Assembly: GCA_965205605.1 (NCBI GenBank)
Contig: CBDBHE010000002.1
Location: 32,001 to 96,000, forward strand
DNA from: Spirochaetota bacterium
Lineage (GTDB): Bacteria > Spirochaetota > UBA12135 > COTS27 > CBDBHE01
DNA length: 64,000 nt
Reading direction: 5' to 3'
Shown: in pieces, positions 58,000-64,000 of the stretch
Layout: every line of letters starts with the position of its first letter
How positions within the stretch are numbered: position 1 is the stretch's first letter
The notes under the pieces: model-generated
The model's input: only the letters and a program-made list of their open reading frames with translations
What the model was told of the DNA's origin: nothing
Database searches by the model: none
Program-made: the position numbers and the translations under genes

Positions 58000-60900
58000 A
58001 TGCTTAATGATATCAATCAATATAATTATGATCGAATTAGAATAGGAGTTGCTTCTCCAGAACAAATTATAGCTTGGTCTTATGGTGAAGTACTTAGACC
58101 AGAAACAATTAATTATAGAACTTTAAGACCGGAAAAAGATGGTCTTTTTTGTGAAAGAATTTTTGGAACAACTAAAGAGTGGGAATGTTTTTGTGGTAAA
58201 TTCAAGAGCATTCGCTATAAAGGAGTGGTGTGTGATCGCTGTGGGGTTGAAGTGACTCATTTTAAAGTGCGTCGTGAAAGAATGGGGCATGTGGAGCTTT
58301 CAAGTCCTGTGGCCCATATTTGGTTTTATAAAGCAGTCCCTTCGAGAGTGGGGCTTTTATTAGATCTTTCTATTATTGGTCTTAAGTCAGTGATTTATTA
58401 TGAAAAATATATTGTAACGGATCCTGGGGAAGTAGGTGAAATTAAAAAAAATGATTTACTTTCAGAAGAAGAATATTATGAGCTAAGAAAAAAATATGGA
58501 GACGCTTTTCAAGCAGGAATTGGAGCTGAAGTAATCCGAGAAATGCTAATGGATCTTAACTTGGAAGAAGAAGCTATGGAGTTAAGAGAAAAAATGAATA
58601 CGGCTAAAAGTATTGATAAAAGAAAATTAGTACGTCTTAGCTTACTTGAAGATTTTATTAATTCTAATAATCGTCCAGAGTGGATGATATTGACGATTAT
58701 TCCCGTTATTCCCCCCGAGCTTCGTCCGATGGTTCAGCTAGAAGGGGGTCGTTTTGCAACTTCTGATATTAATGATCTATATAGAAGACTGATTAATCGA
58801 AATAATCGTTTAAAAAAATTGATTGCCTTAAAAGCTCCTGATATTATTATCAAAAATGAAAAAAGAATGCTTCAAGAAGCAGTGGATGCTCTATTAGATA
58901 ACTCGAGAAGAAGAACAACCGTTAAAGGAGTTGGAAATAGACCTTTGAAGTCACTTTCAGATGTGCTTAAAGGGAAGCAAGGGCGTTTTCGGCAGAATTT
59001 ACTTGGAAAAAGGGTGGATTATTCAGGTCGTTCGGTAATTGTTGTGGGTCCTGATTTAAAACTGCATCAGTGTGGCATCCCTAAAAAAATGGCCATTGAA
59101 CTTTTTAAGCCTTTTATTATGAGAAAATTAGTTGAAGAGAAAAGAGTTTTTAATATTAAAAGTGCTAAAAAACTTATTGACAGAGAACACCCAGAAGTTT
59201 GGAGTATTTTAGAAAGTGTTGTGAAAGAACATCCTGTTTTACTTAATAGAGCACCGACTCTTCATCGTTTGGGGATTCAGGCTTTTGAGCCCTTACTAAC
59301 AGATGAAAAAGCAATTAGGCTGCACCCCATGGTTTGTACAGCTTATAATGCTGATTTTGATGGGGATCAGATGGCCGTTCATGTGCCTCTAAGTTCGGAA
59401 GCTCAAATTGAAGCTTGGACATTGATGCTTTCTTCTAAGAATTTATTAGATCCAGCTAATGGAGAACCTATTGTTAACCCTTCTCAAGATATGGTTTTAG
59501 GGGCTTATAATTTAACGATGTTGAAAAAAAATATTTTAGGAGAAGGGAAAATGTTTGGTTCTAAAGAAGAGGTTATTAAAGCTTATGAAAATAACAGCAT
59601 TGAGCTTCAGGCAAAAATAAGGCTTTATAATCAATCTAAAAAAAAATTTATTGCAACTTCTCCAGGAAGGCTTATCTTTAGTGAGATTTTGCCTAAAAAA
59701 CACCCATTAATTGATGAAGTTTTAGATGAGAAGGCTTTAAAAAGATTAGTATCAACCATTTGTAAGCAATATGGAGATTATCAAACCGTCATTGTGCTCG
59801 ATGCGCTTAAGGATCTTTGCTTTCATTATTCAACTATTTTTAGTAATACTATATCGGTTTCAGATATTTTGATTCCAAAAGCTAAAAAGAAACTCGTTGG
59901 AAAAAGTGAAAAAGAAGTTTTGCAAATAAATGAACAATATCGTAATGGGATTTTAACAGACGAAGAGCGTTATCAAAAAACAATTTCTGTTTGGACTTTT
60001 ACCAATGATCAAATTACTAAAGAAATGATTAATGAGCTTGAAAAAGATAAAGATGGGACCAATGACCTTTATATTATGTCTATTTCTGGAGCGAGGGGAA
60101 GCAAACAACAAATTAGACAGCTTGCTGGTATGAGAGGACTGATGGCAAGACCGTCAGGGGATATTATTGACTTGCCTATTGTTTCTAATTTTAAAGAAGG
60201 ACTTACTGTTTTAGAATATTTTATCTCTACTCATGGAGCTAGAAAAGGACTTTCAGATACAGCTCTTAAAACAGCAGATGCAGGTTATCTAACTAGAAAG
60301 CTTGTTGATATTGCCCAAGATGTTACTGTCGAAATGGAAGACTGCGGTACGATTAGTGGAATTGATATCTATCCTATAAAGGTAGGAGATGAGGTCATAG
60401 AAAAACTTTCGGAGAGAATTATAGGTCGCTACACAGCTTTGCCTATAGTTAATCCGTATACAGAGGAAGTTATTTTAAAAGCTGATGAAATGATTATAGA
60501 GGAAATTGGAAAAAAAATTGATGAACTTGAAATTGATCATGTAAAAATTAGAACTGTAGTGACTTGTGAATCTCCAAAAGGAATTTGTCAAAAATGTTAT
60601 GGACTTAATCTTGCAAATAATTTACTTGTTGATATTGGAGAACCAGTTGGGATTTTAGCTTCTCAGTCTATAGGTCAACCAGGAACTCAGTTAACAATGC
60701 GTACTTTTCATATTGGAGGGACGGCTTCTTCTGAAGTTAAAAATCCAGAGTTTAAACTTCCAAATGATTCTGTTGTTGTAGAATTACCTGCAAATATGAT
60801 TCGAAATAAAATCAATAAATTAGTAATTCCTAGAAGAGGGAAAATGTCTGTTGCCACAGTTTTTCAATTTTTTAAAGAAAGTGAATTTAAAAAAATTAAA

Positions 60901-62229
60901 GTTAAAGATGGGCAAAGAGTTAAAAAAGGTGATTTGATTGGTGAAAAAAAAGATGGGAATCAAGTTGAGGCTAAAAAAATTGGATTTATCAAGGTAGATA
61001 AAACTAAAGATCAAATTCTTTTAATAGGGATTAAATATAAACTTCCTTTAGAAGTAGGGGGAGTTTTTCAAAAAGAAATAGGTTCATTAGTTTTAAAAAA
61101 TGAAGTTATTTATCGTTTTGACCCTATTACAGAACCTATTATTTCTGAAAATTCGGGAGTTGTTTGCTATCAAGACATTATTTTAAATAAAACACTTAAA
61201 GAAGAAATTGATGATTATACAGGGGTTGTTATTAAAAAAATTATTGAATCTAAAGAAGAACACTTACAACCCAAACTTATTATTGTTCCTAGTGAAGGAG
61301 AATCAATTGAAGCTGATCTTCCTGCAGGGGCGATTCTTCAAAAAGCAGATGGTAGTACTGTTGAAGCAGGTGAAATCATTGCTGGAAAAACAAGAACCGC
61401 TCAAAAAACAACAGATATTACAGGAGGCTTGCCAAGAGTACAAGAGCTTTTTGAAGCAAGAAATCCCGTTGATGTTGCTGTTATTGCAGAGCTTTCAGGG
61501 ATTGTTGAAATAGGTGCTACTTTTAAAGGAAAGCGTCAAATTCTTATTAAAAATGAATTTGATGATTCTATTAAACATGTTGTTTCTTCGGGAAAAGTAT
61601 TGGCTGTTCGTAATGGAGACTATGTTAATGTAGGAGAACCTATTTGTGATGGAAGCTTAAACCCTCATGACATACTAAGGGTGAGTGGAGAAATTGCAGT
61701 TTATCGTTTTATTTTAGAAAATGTTCAAGAAGTCTATAAAAGGCAAGGAGTTAGTATTAATGACAAGCATGTTGGTTTAATTATAAGGCAAATGCTTAGA
61801 AAAGTTGAAATTATTGATCCAGGGGACACTCCTTATATCAAAGGAGAGTTGATTGATAAATATCGACTTCGAATTGAAAATAAAGCTGTTATCGAAGAAG
61901 GTGGTCAGCCAGCAGTTGCTCAGACAATTCTTTTAGGTCTCACAAAGGCTTCTCTTAATACAGAAAGCTTTATATCCTCTGCTTCGTTTCAAGAAACAAC
62001 TAAAGTTTTAACAAATGCAGCGATTAAAAATTCTTTTGATGAACTTAGAGGCTTAAAGGAAAATGTTATCATCGGTCAAAAAATCCCAGCAGGAACAGGA
62101 AAAATTTATTACGAAAAAGTCAATGTTTACAAAAGCGTTTATGGAGACTTGGATTTTATTGGCGCTGAGGATGATGATGTCGATTCAACGACTCTAAAAG
62201 AACAGCAGAAAATTTTTGAAAAAACTTAA
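58000..62229 (+). CDS. rpoC: DNA-directed RNA polymerase subunit beta-prime
   Basis: N-terminal Zn ribbon, [21 protein letters not shown] followed by a large trigger-loop insert, SASFQETT. Confidence 0.99.
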   Translation: MLNDINQYNYDRIRIGVASPEQIIAWSYGEVLRPETINYRTLRPEKDGLFCERIFGTTKEWECFCGKFKSIRYKGVVCDRCGVEVTHFKVRRERMGHVELSSPVAHIWFYKAVPSRVGLLLDLSIIGLKSVIYYEKYIVTDPGEVGEIKKNDLLSEEEYYELRKKYGDAFQAGIGAEVIREMLMDLNLEEEAMELREKMNTAKSIDKRKLVRLSLLEDFINSNNRPEWMILTIIPVIPPELRPMVQLEGGRFATSDINDLYRRLINRNNRLKKLIALKAPDIIIKNEKRMLQEAVDALLDNSRRRTTVKGVGNRPLKSLSDVLKGKQGRFRQNLLGKRVDYSGRSVIVVGPDLKLHQCGIPKKMAIELFKPFIMRKLVEEKRVFNIKSAKKLIDREHPEVWSILESVVKEHPVLLNRAPTLHRLGIQAFEPLLTDEKAIRLHPMVCTAYNADFDGDQMAVHVPLSSEAQIEAWTLMLSSKNLLDPANGEPIVNPSQDMVLGAYNLTMLKKNILGEGKMFGSKEEVIKAYENNSIELQAKIRLYNQSKKKFIATSPGRLIFSEILPKKHPLIDEVLDEKALKRLVSTICKQYGDYQTVIVLDALKDLCFHYSTIFSNTISVSDILIPKAKKKLVGKSEKEVLQINEQYRNGILTDEERYQKTISVWTFTNDQITKEMINELEKDKDGTNDLYIMSISGARGSKQQIRQLAGMRGLMARPSGDIIDLPIVSNFKEGLTVLEYFISTHGARKGLSDTALKTADAGYLTRKLVDIAQDVTVEMEDCGTISGIDIYPIKVGDEVIEKLSERIIGRYTALPIVNPYTEEVILKADEMIIEEIGKKIDELEIDHVKIRTVVTCESPKGICQKCYGLNLANNLLVDIGEPVGILASQSIGQPGTQLTMRTFHIGGTASSEVKNPEFKLPNDSVVVELPANMIRNKINKLVIPRRGKMSVATVFQFFKESEFKKIKVKDGQRVKKGDLIGEKKDGNQVEAKKIGFIKVDKTKDQILLIGIKYKLPLEVGGVFQKEIGSLVLKNEVIYRFDPITEPIISENSGVVCYQDIILNKTLKEEIDDYTGVVIKKIIESKEEHLQPKLIIVPSEGESIEADLPAGAILQKADGSTVEAGEIIAGKTRTAQKTTDITGGLPRVQELFEARNPVDVAVIAELSGIVEIGATFKGKRQILIKNEFDDSIKHVVSSGKVLAVRNGDYVNVGEPICDGSLNPHDILRVSGEIAVYRFILENVQEVYKRQGVSINDKHVGLIIRQMLRKVEIIDPGDTPYIKGELIDKYRLRIENKAVIEEGGQPAVAQTILLGLTKASLNTESFISSASFQETTKVLTNAAIKNSFDELRGLKENVIIGQKIPAGTGKIYYEKVNVYKSVYGDLDFIGAEDDDVDSTTLKEQQKIFEKT

Positions 62230-62272
62230 TTTATAAAACCTCTTTAAAATATTTTTTGTAAATTAATATTGG

Positions 62273-63082
62273 TTGAAATTTTACTTGTTAAATTTTTTTA
62301 AAAAAAAAGATAATAATGATTTAAGTATTAATCAAATTAGGCAACAAATAGAAGAAGAATATAAAAAAAATGCTACTCTTTATGGTTCTTTTGCTTTTAA
62401 CATACAACCTTTTTATGTTCGATATCAAAAGATCTTAAGTCAAGATGAAAAAACTTTAAAAAATTTCCTTATTTCAGAATTAGAAGCTCTTCAAGCTTAT
62501 GTTGAAAAAATCAAAGAAAAACCCCCTTCTTCCTCTCTAGACAAAATAGAAAAAAAATCTGTAATTCAAAAAATATATGATGGCTATGATGAAAGATTAA
62601 AAAAATACCCTCAAATATTTTTGCATTCAAGTGCTTTTAAAGAAATAGAACATCTTTATGGTTGCTTGATTCAGTTTCATGAAAGTCATACTCATAATTT
62701 TTTTAAAATAAGATCTCTTTTAACACGTCCTTATGAACAGCAATTTTATTTAGATTTAGAAGTTTTTATTAATGAACTCTTTCCATTATTATCAAGTAAA
62801 AAAGCCATTGCTTTTGAAAATTATATTTTTGAAATAACAAAATATCAAAATGATCAGGAAAAAATTGAAGCATTAGGACAAATCGTGTTAAAAAAAACAT
62901 TTCATATGATGAAAGCAATAAAAAAATTACTTGATTTTTTAAAAATAGAATTAGAAAGAAGAATTTCTACAATTAATTTTGTTTATAAAAAAAAAGCTTT
63001 GAAATTTTCAGAATATGAAGACGCTCTTAGAACAGAATGTGATCAAATTCTTAAAGACTTTAGACTTACAGGTTTTTTTTAA
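62273..63082 (+). CDS. Hypothetical protein
   Basis: 269-aa helical ORF with KYP.I.LH..A..EI..LYG and terminal I.KDFRL motifs; no function recognised. Confidence 0.6.
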   Translation: MKFYLLNFFKKKDNNDLSINQIRQQIEEEYKKNATLYGSFAFNIQPFYVRYQKILSQDEKTLKNFLISELEALQAYVEKIKEKPPSSSLDKIEKKSVIQKIYDGYDERLKKYPQIFLHSSAFKEIEHLYGCLIQFHESHTHNFFKIRSLLTRPYEQQFYLDLEVFINELFPLLSSKKAIAFENYIFEITKYQNDQEKIEALGQIVLKKTFHMMKAIKKLLDFLKIELERRISTINFVYKKKALKFSEYEDALRTECDQILKDFRLTGFF

Positions 63083-63108
63083 AAAAAATAATTTTTTAGA
63101 TTCTGATT

Positions 63109-64000
63109 TTGAAACATCTTTCTTTTCTTTTGTTTTTTTGTTTGTTTTTTTCTTGTTTTAAAAATGCTCAAGACTTAGCTCTTTATAAAAACATTATTCC
63201 TCAGGAAGAAACCGTTAATGCTTCTTTAATGCATTATGAAATTTTATGCAAGAAGATTCAATTGTTGTATGAAAAAAAAGCCTATTACGAAGTTTTTTCT
63301 AATATTGATTTTTATTATAAAATTTTTAATCAAGATGATGATAATGATTTTATAGATTATTATTTAGGTAAAACAATTAACCATGTCATTAATGAAAAAG
63401 AATTTTTTTATCATATGGAAAAAATGGATTCTAATTTAAGATTTGTTTATGCTGTTAGAAAAAACAAAGTAAATAAAAAAAACCTTTTAGTTTACACAAA
63501 CACTCATTTTTTAAAAATTATTCAGGAAAAAAATAATTATGAAATTGAAAAAAAAGCAATGAGGGAAATTTTAAAAAATGATTTTAAAAAATTAGAATAT
63601 TTATCAGGTCTTAAGATTAAATCAGGGCAAATTGACTGGGTATTGAAGCGTTATCCTGATTTGATAAAGGATTTAAAAGAGTTGGTTGTAAATGAAAACT
63701 TCAATTTACTTTCTTTGCAATCAAAAGAAATTGCAGATTTTTTAAAACTTTATGAAAGCAATCACCAAGGTTTTGCCCTTATTGCTTTCTCAAAAAATTA
63801 TTTTAATATTCTTCGAAATAGAATGCACTCAATTCGTTCTAGAAACTTATTAAAATTAGAACTTTGGGAACCTATTACTGTTATTGGAAAAAATTTGATA
63901 GGGGAAGATGGTGAAAAATGGTGTTATGTTAAGGGGCATTTAGGTATTAAAGGGTATGTTTTGCAAAAAAGTTTGTTGTTTTTAACAGATGAGAAAGAGT
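63109..64000 (+). CDS. Putative lipoprotein with C-terminal SH3b-like domain (runs off the window; missing from the ORF track)
   Basis: Frame is open from TTG 63109 to the window end; MKHLSFLLFFCLFFSC signal and lipobox; C-terminal PITVIG......GEKWCYVK...GIKGYV. Confidence 0.7.
   Translation, partial: MKHLSFLLFFCLFFSCFKNAQDLALYKNIIPQEETVNASLMHYEILCKKIQLLYEKKAYYEVFSNIDFYYKIFNQDDDNDFIDYYLGKTINHVINEKEFFYHMEKMDSNLRFVYAVRKNKVNKKNLLVYTNTHFLKIIQEKNNYEIEKKAMREILKNDFKKLEYLSGLKIKSGQIDWVLKRYPDLIKDLKELVVNENFNLLSLQSKEIADFLKLYESNHQGFALIAFSKNYFNILRNRMHSIRSRNLLKLELWEPITVIGKNLIGEDGEKWCYVKGHLGIKGYVLQKSLLFLTDEKE

Noticed and set aside
60721-61420. Large insertion in RpoC after TFHIGG
   Set aside because: It corresponds to the known trigger-loop insertion (SI3/beta-prime i6) found in many Gram-negative lineages. 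No intein motifs were seen.

Overview
Very AT-rich bacterial chromosome segment (roughly 25% GC by eye, standard genetic code), most likely from an uncultured Spirochaetota lineage. The assignment is inferred from a SpiroCoCo-type giant coiled-coil protein, spirochaete-type L1 and Pth sequences, a group-X ATP-PFK and a spirochaetal lipobox. It is mostly housekeeping: oppF, pdxB, dapD, ispE-tRNA-Gln-rplY-pth-tilS, xth, msrA, a GldAFG-like ABC system, guaA, yebC-ruvC-ruvA, pyrC, gpmA, pfk, menB/menD/menG, moeA, and secE-nusG-rplKAJL-rpoBC. There are 8 tRNA genes, and no CRISPR array, rRNA or mobile element was found. Main observations: (1) a rubrerythrin-type rubredoxin module (W-x-CxxC-x12-CxxC) is inserted inside RNA polymerase beta; (2) a PksC-like trans-AT acyltransferase sits beside an Sfp-type PPTase with no PKS in view; (3) a nucleosidase-like gene is coupled to a spore-photoproduct-lyase-like radical SAM gene; (4) a 3-kb island of fresh pseudogenes surrounds a (CAATCTT)14 microsatellite; (5) the coiled-coil gene carries nested near-identical 294-bp (14-heptad) repeats; (6) Pth and a hybrid kinase look catalytically degenerate. 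All family calls come from motif recognition by eye, not from database searches.
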